A DNA stretch of 64,000 bases from Candidatus Dojkabacteria bacterium. Lineage in GTDB: Bacteria > Patescibacteriota > Dojkabacteria > JAOAGR01. The notes beneath the pieces are model-generated. The model did no database searches. It was not told where the DNA came from and saw nothing but the letters and a program-made list of their open reading frames with translations. Position numbers and translations under genes: made by a program. The stretch spans positions 134,773-198,772 of the forward strand of contig JAOAGR010000004.1 of assembly GCA_026415655.1 (NCBI GenBank). The letters run 5' to 3'. This document shows positions 1 to 10,709 of the stretch, in pieces (the stretch's first letter is position 1; every line of letters starts with the position of its first letter).

Positions 1-22
1 TATTCCACATTCAAGCATTCCA

Positions 23-607
23 ATGAATGTTTCTAAACGAAATTTCCTATTTGAAAATTTAGTTAAATTCAAGCCTGAGTATCAATATAAAATAATTCTG
101 GAGCTCTCTGATCATAATCAGGTCAATGAGAATGATAAAATTAAAGAATTGAAGCTATTGCTAATTGAAAGATATTCAGAATTAGGCAGTAAAATAGAGA
201 TAAAAAACGTAAATAAAGAGGTTGTGACAGAAACAATTCAATGGTTAAAAGAATATCCAATCTCTCTAAAATCTTATAATGAAGCTATTCGTAAGCTTGA
301 GGCATCAGTTTTTGAACGAAACTTACTAGATGACTTAAGATTGTCATTTGAATCGTTATTGAAGAAAGTATTGAATAATGAGAAAACACTTGAAAATCAA
401 CAATCATATCTTGGAGACTACTTAAAACAAAAAGCAATTTCTCCAGAATTACGTAATTTGATCAACCTTTATAGAGATTATTTTACAAAGTACCAAAATA
501 ATTACGTTAAACACAACGATAAAGTAAATAAAAAAGAAATTGAATACATTTTTGAAGTTACGACATCTTTGATGAAGCTGATAATTCGTCTAGAAAACAC
601 AGATTAA
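23..607 (+). CDS. Hypothetical protein, 194 aa, directly upstream of the type I R-M operon
   Basis: Uninterrupted ORF with lysine/glutamate-rich composition typical of this genome. I recognise no motif. Its position makes it a candidate R-M/defence accessory gene. Confidence 0.5.
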   Translation: MNVSKRNFLFENLVKFKPEYQYKIILELSDHNQVNENDKIKELKLLLIERYSELGSKIEIKNVNKEVVTETIQWLKEYPISLKSYNEAIRKLEASVFERNLLDDLRLSFESLLKKVLNNEKTLENQQSYLGDYLKQKAISPELRNLINLYRDYFTKYQNNYVKHNDKVNKKEIEYIFEVTTSLMKLIIRLENTD

Positions 608-676
608 AGCCTGCTTCTTGAAGAATTTCGATTATTCCGATTCCAATGAGAAAATACTATAATTCTTCAGATTAAA

Positions 677-3600
677 ATGGCATTCAATGAAGATACAAGA
701 GTAAAGATCCCTGCGATCTTACATCTTACCCGTTTAGGTTATAAATATATTTCTTTAAAGAATGCTGTTTATGAGGAGAGTACGAATATTTTTACTGAAA
801 TATTCAAACAGAGTATTTCAAAAATAAACGATAGCATAGATGTCGCTGATATTGAGAAAGAGCTAGAAAACATTTCTCTTGATCTAGAAAACGAGGACTT
901 AGGTGAAGCCTTTTATAAAAGGCTAACCTCAAATAACGGAATTAGGTTAATTGATTTTAACGACTTTTCCAGAAATACCTTTAATGTATGCACAGAGCTA
1001 ACTTATAAAAATGGCGAGGATGAGTTCCGACCAGATATTACAATCCTGATTAATGGAATGCCTCTCGCTTTTATTGAGGTTAAGAAACCCAATAATCGTG
1101 ATGGTGTGCTTGCTGAAAGAAACAGGATTAATGTCAGATTCAAGAATGCAAAATTCCTTAAATTTATAAATATAACTCAACTTCTGATTTTTTCTAATAA
1201 TATGGAGTATGAAAATAACTCTGTAGAGCCAATACAGGGAGCTTTCTACTCGACTTCTTCATACACGAGTGCAAATTTTAATTATTTCCGCGAGGAAAAA
1301 CCAGGAGAATTACAGGAATTAACTGATTTAGAAGATGATGTTGAGAACTTTGTTCTTGCAGACAATAACCTGAACACAATTAAACATTCTCCCGAATTCA
1401 TTACTAATAAAAAAACAACCACGCCGACAAACAGAATTCTCAGTTCAATGCTGAGTATTAATAGGTTCGCTAAAATTTTGAAATACGGTATCGCGTACGT
1501 TAGAACCTCAATTGATAATCAGGTTGTTATTGAAAAACATATCATGAGATATCCTCAACTTTTTGCTACTGAAGCAATTGAGCAGAAACTCGAGGAAAAG
1601 GAGAATCACGGAATCATCTGGCACACGCAAGGAAGTGGTAAAACAGCATTAGCTTTTTATAATGTACATTATCTTACAGATTATTACCGCAAGAAAGGTA
1701 TTGTCCCAAGATTTTATTTTATCGTAGATAGAATTGATCTTTTAAATCAGGCGAAAAAAGAGTTCTCCAGCCGTGGGCTTACTGTTTATACTGTGAACTC
1801 TAAAGAAGAACTTTTAAAAGACTTTCAAATTGGCAAGGCTTTGAATAACTTATCAGGTAAAAGAGAAATAACGGTTGTAAATATCCAGAAGTTTAAAGAT
1901 GAAAGTCATTTATTAAGTGACAAGGACTACGATATTAATATTCAAAGAGTGTATTTCCTTGATGAAGTGCATCGTAGTTATGATCCTAAAGGAAGTTTCC
2001 TGGCAAATCTTTTTGCTTCAGACCGCAATGCTGTAATTATTGGGCTGACAGGAACACCACTTATTGGTGCTGATAAAAGCACAAGACAAATTTTCGGTAA
2101 CTATATCCATAAATATTATTACAATGCTTCAATTGCTGATGGATATACTTTACGTTTGATTCGTGAAGGGATTGAGACGAATTACAAGATGCAGCTTCAG
2201 GAGGCATTGAAAGAAGTTGAAATATTAAAAGGTTCTGTAGACAGAACATCAATATATTCTCATCCAAAGTTTGTAGAGCCAATGCTTGATTATATTGTAG
2301 ATGATTTTCTCAAAAGCCGAACGAGACTTGGTGATAACACGATCGGCGGTATGGTTGTATGCGATAGCTCAGAGCAGGCGGAAGCAATGTCACAACTTTT
2401 TGCGAAGAAATATTCAAAAAAACTTAATGCTTATTTTGAAGCAACCGGAAATTATGCATTAAATTCCGGGAACGAGGCTTTTATCTTTAATGATGGAAGT
2501 GAAGGTTTGAACGGAGCGTTGATTCTTCATGACTCCGGGACAAAAGACGATAGAAAACAGGCATCAGAAGATTTTAAAAACGGAAAGATTGATCTGCTTT
2601 TTGTTTACAATATGCTTCTGACAGGTTTCGACGCTAAAAGATTAAAGAAACTTTATATCGGACGTGTCATACGAGAACATAATCTACTCCAGACATTAAC
2701 AAGAGTTAATAGACCATACAAGAAGTTCAAATACGGTTATGTTGTAGATTTTGCTGATATTCGAAGTGAATTTGATAAGACAAATAAAGCGTATTTTGAT
2801 GAATTACAAAACGAGTTAGGTGAAGAATTTGATAAATACTCAGCACTATTCAAATCTCAAGAAGAAATTGAACAGGAAATAAAGGAAATTAAAGAGCAAC
2901 TATTCAAATATGATTTGAGTAATTCGGAAATTTTTTCTCAACAGATTTCTCAGATTGAAGATAGAAAGACAGTACTGGAAATTAAAAAAGCACTGGAGAA
3001 TGCAAGGAATTTATATAATTTAATCAGACTCCAAGGTGATTATGAACTTCTTGAGAAATTAGATTTCCGTAAGCTCTCCGAGCTTTTAAGTGAAACCGCA
3101 AGACATCTTGATCTATTGAACCTAAAAGAGGATCTGCAAAATAACGAAGAAAATAAGAATTTACTAAATGAGGCACTGGAAGATGTAATTTTTGCTTTTA
3201 GGAAGGTATCAGAAGAAGAGCTTGTTATCGCTGATGAATTAAAAGATATTTTGCGAAAGACAAGAGAAACTTTAAACCATAATATTGATAAAAAGGATCC
3301 TCAATTCGTAGCCTTATATGAAGAACTTAAAAGACTATTCAGTAAAAAGAATTTGGATGAGATCACTCAGGAAGAAATGAAAACAAATATTGTTTCTCTC
3401 CAAAAGATTTATCAAAGAATTCTGGATTTGAATCGTCAGAATAATTTATTGAAAGCAAAATATAACAATGACGAGAAGTATGTAAGAGTTCATAAGAGAA
3501 TTCTTGAAACAGGACGTCCGACTAGAAAAGAAATTGAGCTTTATGAGGCTCTAATGGGAGTAAAAGCACAGGCAGATGAAAAAGTCTTAATTAATCACAA

Positions 3601-3760
3601 TATCCTGAATAACGACGGATATTTTGAAAACCTTATGACTCAAACTGTTGTTAATACTTTTCAAGATGTAAATATTCCTCTGGATGCAGAATCTGCTATC
3701 TTTATCAACCAGTGTATCTCTAAAGAATATTTGAACGAATTTAAAGGAATCACGCAATGA
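677..3760 (+). CDS. hsdR: Type I restriction enzyme R subunit (HsdR)
   Basis: N-terminus MAFNEDTRVKIPAILHLTRLGYKYISL is typical of HsdR. Helicase motif I is GIIWHTQGSGKTALAF and motif II (DEAH-like) is VYFLDEVHRS. The protein is 1027 aa. Its stop overlaps the hsdM start (ATGA). Confidence 0.9.
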   Translation: MAFNEDTRVKIPAILHLTRLGYKYISLKNAVYEESTNIFTEIFKQSISKINDSIDVADIEKELENISLDLENEDLGEAFYKRLTSNNGIRLIDFNDFSRNTFNVCTELTYKNGEDEFRPDITILINGMPLAFIEVKKPNNRDGVLAERNRINVRFKNAKFLKFINITQLLIFSNNMEYENNSVEPIQGAFYSTSSYTSANFNYFREEKPGELQELTDLEDDVENFVLADNNLNTIKHSPEFITNKKTTTPTNRILSSMLSINRFAKILKYGIAYVRTSIDNQVVIEKHIMRYPQLFATEAIEQKLEEKENHGIIWHTQGSGKTALAFYNVHYLTDYYRKKGIVPRFYFIVDRIDLLNQAKKEFSSRGLTVYTVNSKEELLKDFQIGKALNNLSGKREITVVNIQKFKDESHLLSDKDYDINIQRVYFLDEVHRSYDPKGSFLANLFASDRNAVIIGLTGTPLIGADKSTRQIFGNYIHKYYYNASIADGYTLRLIREGIETNYKMQLQEALKEVEILKGSVDRTSIYSHPKFVEPMLDYIVDDFLKSRTRLGDNTIGGMVVCDSSEQAEAMSQLFAKKYSKKLNAYFEATGNYALNSGNEAFIFNDGSEGLNGALILHDSGTKDDRKQASEDFKNGKIDLLFVYNMLLTGFDAKRLKKLYIGRVIREHNLLQTLTRVNRPYKKFKYGYVVDFADIRSEFDKTNKAYFDELQNELGEEFDKYSALFKSQEEIEQEIKEIKEQLFKYDLSNSEIFSQQISQIEDRKTVLEIKKALENARNLYNLIRLQGDYELLEKLDFRKLSELLSETARHLDLLNLKEDLQNNEENKNLLNEALEDVIFAFRKVSEEELVIADELKDILRKTRETLNHNIDKKDPQFVALYEELKRLFSKKNLDEITQEEMKTNIVSLQKIYQRILDLNRQNNLLKAKYNNDEKYVRVHKRILETGRPTRKEIELYEALMGVKAQADEKVLINHNILNNDGYFENLMTQTVVNTFQDVNIPLDAESAIFINQCISKEYLNEFKGITQ

Positions 3761-5382
3761 CCACACAAGATTTTATAACTAAAACCAAAGATCTGATCGA
3801 TGACCTCAAAGGCGTATGTTCACGTTATGGTCTGGGAAATGACGGTAATGAATTCAAGATCATCACACAAGTCTTCCTGTACAAATTTATGAATGATAAA
3901 TTTGTATTTGAAACGAAAAAGATTGAACCAAAACTTGCTGAAGGGACAAGCTGGGAGGACGAGATTTCCAAACTTTCTGATTCTGATTATCAGATGCTTC
4001 TCCTCAAACTCAATCCCTCAAGTGCAAGACTGAAAAAAGAGCATTTTCTCTCTTATCTTCATAACAGACAGAATAGCGAGCAGTTTGGAAAGCTTTTTGA
4101 TGACACATTAAGAGACATCGCAATATTCAATAATCAGGTTTTTTCTGTAAAGACTGAATCCGGTACCAAGCTTACTCTTTTTGATGAACTTACAAATTAT
4201 ATTGCTGATACTTCCAAACGTGATGATTTTGCACGGGCAATTATCAATCAGCTTGTGAATTTCAGTTTTGAAAAAGTTTTTAATCAGAAATTTGATTTCT
4301 TTTCGACAATCTTTGAATACTTGATTAAAGACTATAACAAAGATGGTGGAGGCAAATATGCCGAGTATTACACTCCTCATGCAGTCGCCAAGATTATGTC
4401 GTCAATTCTTGTCGATAAGCCTGTTAGCAATGTTACTTGTTATGATCCATCAGCTGGATCAGGAACACTTCTTATGAACCTTGCTCATGCAATTGGTGAA
4501 GACAGATGTACGATTTATTCACAGGATATTTCTCAGAAATCATCCGGAATGCTTAGGTTGAATTTAATCTTGAATAATCTTGTTCATTCAATCCCAAATA
4601 TTATTCAGGGTGATACTTTACTTTTCCCTTATCATAGAGATGGAAATGGTTTAAAAAAGTTTGATTATATTGTCTCCAATCCTCCTTTTAAGCTGGATTT
4701 TAGTGATACTCGTGAAAGTCTTGATACAAAAGAAAACAGCGAAAGATTCTTTGCCGGAATTCCTACTGTTCCTCCAAAAGATAAGGATAAAATGCCGATT
4801 TACTTGCTTTTTATACAGCATATTATTTACTCTCTGTCTGAAGCTGGTAAAGCTGCAATAGTTGTTCCGACAGGTTTCTTAACAGCCAAAAATGGAATAG
4901 AAAAGAAAATTCGTTCTGAACTAATAGATAAAAAGATCTTGCGAGGAGTGATATCAATGCCAAGCAACATTTTTGCAACAACTGGAACTAATGTTTCTGT
5001 AATTTTCCTGGATAAGGAAATACAGTCGGATACGGTAATTTTAATGGATGCATCAAAGTTAGGAACAACAGTAAAAGAAGGTAAAAATCAGAAAACACTT
5101 CTTTCTTTTGAGGAGGAACAAAAGATTATTGATACATTTAATAAACATGAAGAGTTTGAAGATCTTTCTATTGTTGTGTCTTATGAGCAAGTGAAAGAAA
5201 AAGATTACAGCTTCAGTGCGGGGCAATATTTTGAAGTAAAACTTGAATATGTTGAGATAACGAAAGAGGAGTTTAAAAAGAAAATGGAGGATTATGAAAA
5301 TAATCTAAAACAATATTTTGATGAGTCAGAAAAGTTACAAAAGAAGATTTTAGAAAATTTTACAAGACTGGAGCATGAATAA
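3757..5382 (+). CDS. hsdM: Type I R-M N6-adenine DNA methyltransferase M subunit (HsdM)
   Basis: SAM-binding motif I is YDPSAGSGTLL and motif IV is VSNPPF. The 541-aa size fits HsdM. It overlaps hsdR and hsdS. Confidence 0.9.
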   Translation: MTTQDFITKTKDLIDDLKGVCSRYGLGNDGNEFKIITQVFLYKFMNDKFVFETKKIEPKLAEGTSWEDEISKLSDSDYQMLLLKLNPSSARLKKEHFLSYLHNRQNSEQFGKLFDDTLRDIAIFNNQVFSVKTESGTKLTLFDELTNYIADTSKRDDFARAIINQLVNFSFEKVFNQKFDFFSTIFEYLIKDYNKDGGGKYAEYYTPHAVAKIMSSILVDKPVSNVTCYDPSAGSGTLLMNLAHAIGEDRCTIYSQDISQKSSGMLRLNLILNNLVHSIPNIIQGDTLLFPYHRDGNGLKKFDYIVSNPPFKLDFSDTRESLDTKENSERFFAGIPTVPPKDKDKMPIYLLFIQHIIYSLSEAGKAAIVVPTGFLTAKNGIEKKIRSELIDKKILRGVISMPSNIFATTGTNVSVIFLDKEIQSDTVILMDASKLGTTVKEGKNQKTLLSFEEEQKIIDTFNKHEEFEDLSIVVSYEQVKEKDYSFSAGQYFEVKLEYVEITKEEFKKKMEDYENNLKQYFDESEKLQKKILENFTRLEHE

Positions 5383-6556
5383 ATTAGTGAAACTACAACT
5401 TGGAGAAGCAGTAACTTACTCTACAAAGAGAGTAGCTCTAAAGGATGTTCCTCTTCAAAACTATGTAACTACGGATAATCTTTTGCAGAATAAAGCAGGT
5501 GTTACTGAAGCTACTAATTTGCCACCAAATTCTAAAAATGTATCAAAATATGAAAATGGACATATACTTGTCTCAAATATAAGACCTTACCTGAAAAAAA
5601 TATGGTTCGCAAATAGGGAAGGTGGGTGTTCAGCAGATGTATTAAATCTTGAAGTTCGAGAAGGATTTGATCCTATGTTTGTATATTATTCAATATTTGG
5701 TGATGACTTCTTCGACCATATGATGAAGGGTGCGAAAGGATCAAAGATGCCCAGAGGAGATAAGCAGCAGATATTAACGTACCAAATACCCAATATCACA
5801 ATACAAGAACAGCAAACAATCGTCTCTGTTCTTTCTACCCTCGATGCTAAAATCGAACTCAATAACAAAATCGTTGCTGAATTAGAATCTCTGGCAAAAA
5901 CCATTTATGAATATTGGTTTATCCAGTTTGATTTCCCTGATGAAAATGGAAGACCTTATAAATCGAGTGGAGGGAAGATGGTTTGGAGCGAAGCTCTGAA
6001 AAAGGAAATACCAGAGGGATGGGAGGTAAAAAAGGTAGGGGATTTAGTGGATGTAAAAAGAGGTAAAAACATCACAAGAAAAACTGTTGTTGAAGGAGAT
6101 ATACCAGTTATTGCAGCAGGATTAGAGCCAAGTTGTTATCACAATGTTTCAAATACATCCTCACCTGTAATAACAGTTAGTGGATCTGGGGCAAATGCTG
6201 GATATATTCAGCTGCATTATAAAGAAATATGGGCGTCTGATTGTTCATATATTGATCAGACTATGTTTAGCCAAATTCACTTTATGTATTTGTTTTTAAG
6301 AAGTAAACAAAATGAAGTTTACGATATGCAGAAAGGTTCGGCACAACCTCATGTCTACCCGCAAGATATCATGGATATTAAGGTTCTGGTTGATAAAGAA
6401 TTAAAGATGATCTCTAGATTTGAGACACTTGTAGTATCGCTGTATAAACAAATTGGCAAAAGCAAAGTACAAAATCAAAAACTTATAGATCTTCGAGATT
6501 GGCTTTTACCGATGCTTATGAATGGGCAGGTGAGTATCAAAGATAAAATTAGTTAA
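5375..6556 (+). CDS. hsdS: Type I R-M specificity subunit (HsdS)
   Basis: Two target-recognition-domain halves are separated by a conserved central helix (LESLAKTIYEYWFIQFDFPDENG) and end in a conserved C-terminal helix (LIDLRDWLLPMLMNGQV). The protein is 393 aa. Confidence 0.85.
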   Translation: MNKLVKLQLGEAVTYSTKRVALKDVPLQNYVTTDNLLQNKAGVTEATNLPPNSKNVSKYENGHILVSNIRPYLKKIWFANREGGCSADVLNLEVREGFDPMFVYYSIFGDDFFDHMMKGAKGSKMPRGDKQQILTYQIPNITIQEQQTIVSVLSTLDAKIELNNKIVAELESLAKTIYEYWFIQFDFPDENGRPYKSSGGKMVWSEALKKEIPEGWEVKKVGDLVDVKRGKNITRKTVVEGDIPVIAAGLEPSCYHNVSNTSSPVITVSGSGANAGYIQLHYKEIWASDCSYIDQTMFSQIHFMYLFLRSKQNEVYDMQKGSAQPHVYPQDIMDIKVLVDKELKMISRFETLVVSLYKQIGKSKVQNQKLIDLRDWLLPMLMNGQVSIKDKIS

Positions 6557-6564
6557 GTAATAAA

Positions 6565-8370
6565 ATGTACCTCGCAGAATTAAAGCTATGGAATTTCAGA
6601 AAATATGGAGATAATAGCTTTGAACTGGAAAAACCACATTTGGTAGTGCCATTCAAAAAGGGATTAAATGTCCTAGTTGGCGAAAATGATTCCGGTAAGT
6701 CTGCAATTTTAGATGCAATTAAAATTGCCTTAAAAACACATGCTATAGAGTGGGTAAAAGTTGACGAAGAAGATTTTTATAATGAAAGCTCAAAACTACG
6801 TATAGAGTTGGTGTTTAAGGGATTAGAAGATGCAGAAGCAAAAAACTTTATTGAATGGCTTGGTTGGGAAGAGAATGAAACTAAAGAACAAGTTCCTATA
6901 TTAAAATTAATTTATCAGGTTGAGTACAAAAATAACCGGATTATTCCTACTGATATCTCAGCTGGTATGGATGATTTTGGCTCTCCTTTAAATGCGGAAG
7001 CCAAAGAATATTTAAAAATCACATATTTAAAAGCTTTAAGGGACGCAGATAATGAACTTATTGCAAAGAAAAACTCCAGGCTTTCTCAAATACTAAAGGG
7101 ACATCATCTATTTCAAGAGAAACTTCCGCATAATGTTCACAAGCTAACGAATAAGCTCAACGAGTTTAATGAAGAGGTTAAAAAATGGTTTGAAGATGAT
7201 AAAAAAGATAGTGGTAAATCAAAGTCAAATAAAGAAGAGATAAAAGATATTATTGATGAATTTATTGGTGCATTTATAGATCAAGAAAATAATAGCTCAA
7301 ATTTTACACTTTTTGAGCCAAACATTATTTCAATATTAGAAAAGATAACTTTAGGTTTATCAAATGTACGGAACCCTGGTTTGGGAACACTTAACAGGTT
7401 ATACATGGCGGCTGAGTTACTTCATCTAAAGCGGCGGGATTGGAATGGTGTAAAGTTATGTTTGATTGAGGAGTTAGAAGCCCATCTACATCCACAAGCT
7501 CAAATGAAAATTGTAGAAAAACTTCAAACTGAAGCTGAAAAAGCAAACTTACAAATCATACTAACAACTCATAGTCCGAATTTGGCATCAAAAGTAAAAA
7601 TTGAAAATCTTATTTTATGTAATAGTAATAGAGCATATTCACTTGATGTCGGAAATACGAGACTTGATAAAGATGATTATAAATACTTAAAACGCTTTCT
7701 GGATGTGACCAAGTCAAATTTATTCTTTGCGAAGGGGGTAATTATTGTTGAGGGGTGGTCAGAAGAGATCTTAATACCGGTTTTAGCAAAAAAAATAGGA
7801 TGTGATCTAACTCAAAACGAAGTCTCAATTGTAAATGTTGGTTCAACTGCTTACTTGCACTTCGCAAAAATATTTTTAAGAAAAGATTCAAGCGAAAAAT
7901 TAGATATTCCAGTTTCAATAATAACAGATCTTGATGTTCGACCTGATGAAACAGATGGTCAGTTTAATACCGAAGAAGAGCAAACAAAGGAATCAAGTAT
8001 TAAAGCAGATTTCAAAGACTTTAATGATTCAAATGTGAAGATATATATCGCAAAGCAGTGGACATTAGAGTGGTGTATTTTTAAATCAAGTTTGTCAGAT
8101 AAGTTCAAAGAGATTATTGCTAATGTTCACTCTGGTACTGAAGAATTCAAGAAAGATGAAAATGATAAGTTTTCATCTGAGTTCGAAACAAAATTAATTG
8201 ATAAGTTAAAAAAATCTAAGGGGAGTTCAGGTCTAGATAAGGTGAGATTAGCTACAGAATTAGCAGAATCTCTTGAATATATAGATATAACAATTGATGA
8301 AGGCGACGAGTATTTAGATTATTTAATTGAAGCTATAAAACACGCATGTAAAGACAATGGAAATAAGTGA
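6565..8370 (+). CDS. gajA: OLD-family ATP-dependent endonuclease (ABC-type ATPase plus C-terminal Toprim); GajA-like, class 2 OLD
   Basis: Walker A is VGENDSGKSAILDAI, Walker B/D-loop is LCLIEELEAHLHP, and the H-loop is TTHSP. Toprim motifs are IIVEGWSEEILIP (conserved Glu) and SIITDLDVRPDE (DxD). The start is 8 nt after the hsdS stop. The 3' end overlaps the downstream UvrD-like gene. Confidence 0.75.
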   Translation: MYLAELKLWNFRKYGDNSFELEKPHLVVPFKKGLNVLVGENDSGKSAILDAIKIALKTHAIEWVKVDEEDFYNESSKLRIELVFKGLEDAEAKNFIEWLGWEENETKEQVPILKLIYQVEYKNNRIIPTDISAGMDDFGSPLNAEAKEYLKITYLKALRDADNELIAKKNSRLSQILKGHHLFQEKLPHNVHKLTNKLNEFNEEVKKWFEDDKKDSGKSKSNKEEIKDIIDEFIGAFIDQENNSSNFTLFEPNIISILEKITLGLSNVRNPGLGTLNRLYMAAELLHLKRRDWNGVKLCLIEELEAHLHPQAQMKIVEKLQTEAEKANLQIILTTHSPNLASKVKIENLILCNSNRAYSLDVGNTRLDKDDYKYLKRFLDVTKSNLFFAKGVIIVEGWSEEILIPVLAKKIGCDLTQNEVSIVNVGSTAYLHFAKIFLRKDSSEKLDIPVSIITDLDVRPDETDGQFNTEEEQTKESSIKADFKDFNDSNVKIYIAKQWTLEWCIFKSSLSDKFKEIIANVHSGTEEFKKDENDKFSSEFETKLIDKLKKSKGSSGLDKVRLATELAESLEYIDITIDEGDEYLDYLIEAIKHACKDNGNK

Positions 8371-10480
8371 TGAACATCTAAAACGAGCTGAAGAATTGCT
8401 ACTCGGTGATAAGACTTTTGATGAAAAAGAAAGAATCCCTTTTATAAAGAATCTCACAACATTAGACTTACTGGCAGTCCCTGGGAGCGGAAAAACTACT
8501 GCATTACAAGCTAAATTATATTGCATTGCACAACAAATGCCCTTTGAAGATGGATCAGGAATATTGGTATTGTCTCATACGAATGCAGCAGTAGAAGAAA
8601 TCGAAAAGAATTTAAAAAGTATTTGCCCGCAACTTTTCACATATCCAAATTTTGTTGGAACAGTACAGAGTTTTGTAAATAAATTCCTTGCTAATCAGGC
8701 TTGTTATAGTTGTTTTGGGTCTTATATTAGAATAAATGATAACGATATTTACTACTCGCAGGTTAAAAAGTTTTATAACAAATTGGAATGGAAGAAGCCT
8801 AGTGATAAGGAAAATAAATTAAAAAATCTACTGTATGGTAAAGCAAATCATGGAAGAAGTGGGCTGACAACTGAGCAGAAAAACCAGAATACTATTGATT
8901 TTATTTACAATTTAAAATTTGATTTGTGTAGTCAAAAGATTCTATATGGATCAAAACTAACGACGCTTTACTCAGCTAGCGGAAAAGCTAGGGATAAATA
9001 TGATGAGTTGTTCACTTGGAAAAAAAGTCTTTTTGAGCAAGGTATATTATCTTTTTCGGATTCCTATTACCTTGCAAATTGGTATTTAGTAAACTATCCC
9101 AAAGTAATTGAGTATCTACAGAGTCGATTCACCTATATTTTTGTAGATGAAGCTCAAGATTTAGAAAAGTATCAACTTGATATAATTGATGAGATTTTTT
9201 ACAAAAACGGAAGAGCAATAATTCAAAGAGTTGGAGATATTAATCAAGCTATTTATAATTCCAGCAAAGCTGTAAAAACCCAGTGTGATTGGAAAACTCG
9301 AAATGAGTATTACTTGAAATGTTCACATCGGCTAACAAAAGAAATTGCAGATGTTGTTAATAATTTCACTTTAGACTGTCAACAAGATCAACTTGGAAAT
9401 CCTAAGTTTGAAGTCGATGGACTGAGAATATTGGAAAGCAATATTAAACCTCACTTGATACTATTTGATGATTCATCCAAATCACAGATACAAAATAAAT
9501 TTGATGACTTGATAAAGAGTTTTAAGTTAGAAAAGACAGTAGAGGGACAAAAGTACGGATTTCACATTATCGGATGGAATGGAAGTTGGAAAGAAGAGAA
9601 AAAAGATGAGAATAAGTTAAGGCTGGAAGATATATTCCCTAGCTATAAAAAAGATACAAAAAGCTCAAAGTCCCACTACAACACCTTAAGTGAGTACATT
9701 CAATATTTCAAAAAAGATGCAAAGACACTTGAAAATGCAAAAAATGCAGTTTTGGAATTATTACAACAAGTCTTGTATTTAGAAGGAAAGACAAATACAA
9801 GATCTATCAGAGGTGTAAAAAAAGAGATGAGATACACACAGGTTGAACTTTTGAAATTATTGAAGGAAGACGACGCTATATACGAAGATTTTAAACTAAA
9901 ACTTTACTCATGGTCGTTCTCCATGATGGTTAAGCAGGATTATGAAAAAGTATATCAGGAAATAAAAGCTTTTATTTTAGGTGAATTCAAAACCTGGTTC
10001 AGTTTACAAATTAACGATGAGACTAAATTGCTACTAGAAGATAACTTCAAGCCAGTATTGGTTACTCCATCTGAAGAAACTAAAAGAAAAGATAGGTTTT
10101 CTTTTGAAATAAATACAGTTCATTCCGTAAAAGGCAAGACTCACTGTGCGACAATGTATGTAGAGACGTCGTATCATAGTTACGAAACAGAAAAATTAAA
10201 ATCTCCAAATCCATTATATAAAGAAAAGCATAACTACATAGATCCTAAAGTCAAAAATATTACTAGGGCTATTGAAACGATTAAAATGATGTATGTAGGA
10301 TTTTCCCGACCAACTCACCTATTATGTTTTGCTGTATTAAAAGATAATGTTAAGAATGATCTTAAAAAATATCAAAACGCTGGATGGGAAATCGTAGATC
10401 TGACTGAAACCATATCACTGCAAAAATATCTAAAATTCGATATCCCGGAACCCTCGGAGGTTACACAAGGTACTGTATAA
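8357..10480 (+). CDS. gajB: UvrD/PcrA-like superfamily I helicase; GajB-like partner of the OLD nuclease
   Basis: Walker A is LLAVPGSGKTTAL, motif II is YIFVDEAQD, and a motif V/VI-like segment reads TVHSVKGKTHCATMYVE. It overlaps the 3' end of the OLD-family gene by 14 nt. Confidence 0.7.
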   Translation: MEISDEHLKRAEELLLGDKTFDEKERIPFIKNLTTLDLLAVPGSGKTTALQAKLYCIAQQMPFEDGSGILVLSHTNAAVEEIEKNLKSICPQLFTYPNFVGTVQSFVNKFLANQACYSCFGSYIRINDNDIYYSQVKKFYNKLEWKKPSDKENKLKNLLYGKANHGRSGLTTEQKNQNTIDFIYNLKFDLCSQKILYGSKLTTLYSASGKARDKYDELFTWKKSLFEQGILSFSDSYYLANWYLVNYPKVIEYLQSRFTYIFVDEAQDLEKYQLDIIDEIFYKNGRAIIQRVGDINQAIYNSSKAVKTQCDWKTRNEYYLKCSHRLTKEIADVVNNFTLDCQQDQLGNPKFEVDGLRILESNIKPHLILFDDSSKSQIQNKFDDLIKSFKLEKTVEGQKYGFHIIGWNGSWKEEKKDENKLRLEDIFPSYKKDTKSSKSHYNTLSEYIQYFKKDAKTLENAKNAVLELLQQVLYLEGKTNTRSIRGVKKEMRYTQVELLKLLKEDDAIYEDFKLKLYSWSFSMMVKQDYEKVYQEIKAFILGEFKTWFSLQINDETKLLLEDNFKPVLVTPSEETKRKDRFSFEINTVHSVKGKTHCATMYVETSYHSYETEKLKSPNPLYKEKHNYIDPKVKNITRAIETIKMMYVGFSRPTHLLCFAVLKDNVKNDLKKYQNAGWEIVDLTETISLQKYLKFDIPEPSEVTQGTV

Positions 10481-10709
10481 TCAGCGATAAACCCTCAAAA
10501 AATAGTTTACTCGGAAAGTTAGTGGCCCTCATAGTGTATGATTAGCCCATGCAATTCACAGAAAAAGAAATAGAGGAATTCAAACAAATTTATTTTGAAG
10601 AATATGGCACTACCATTACTACAATGGAGGCTATAGAAATGGCAACAAACTTAATCACTTTACTCAGAATCGTTTTAAAGATTGACGTTTAAAACGAGAA
10701 TAACTCAAA

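Noticed and set aside
998-4861. Short antisense or alternative-frame ORFs inside hsdR and hsdM (998-1180, 2061-2282, 4108-4380, 4661-4861)
   Set aside because: They are embedded in strongly supported genes and have AT-rich low-complexity translations.
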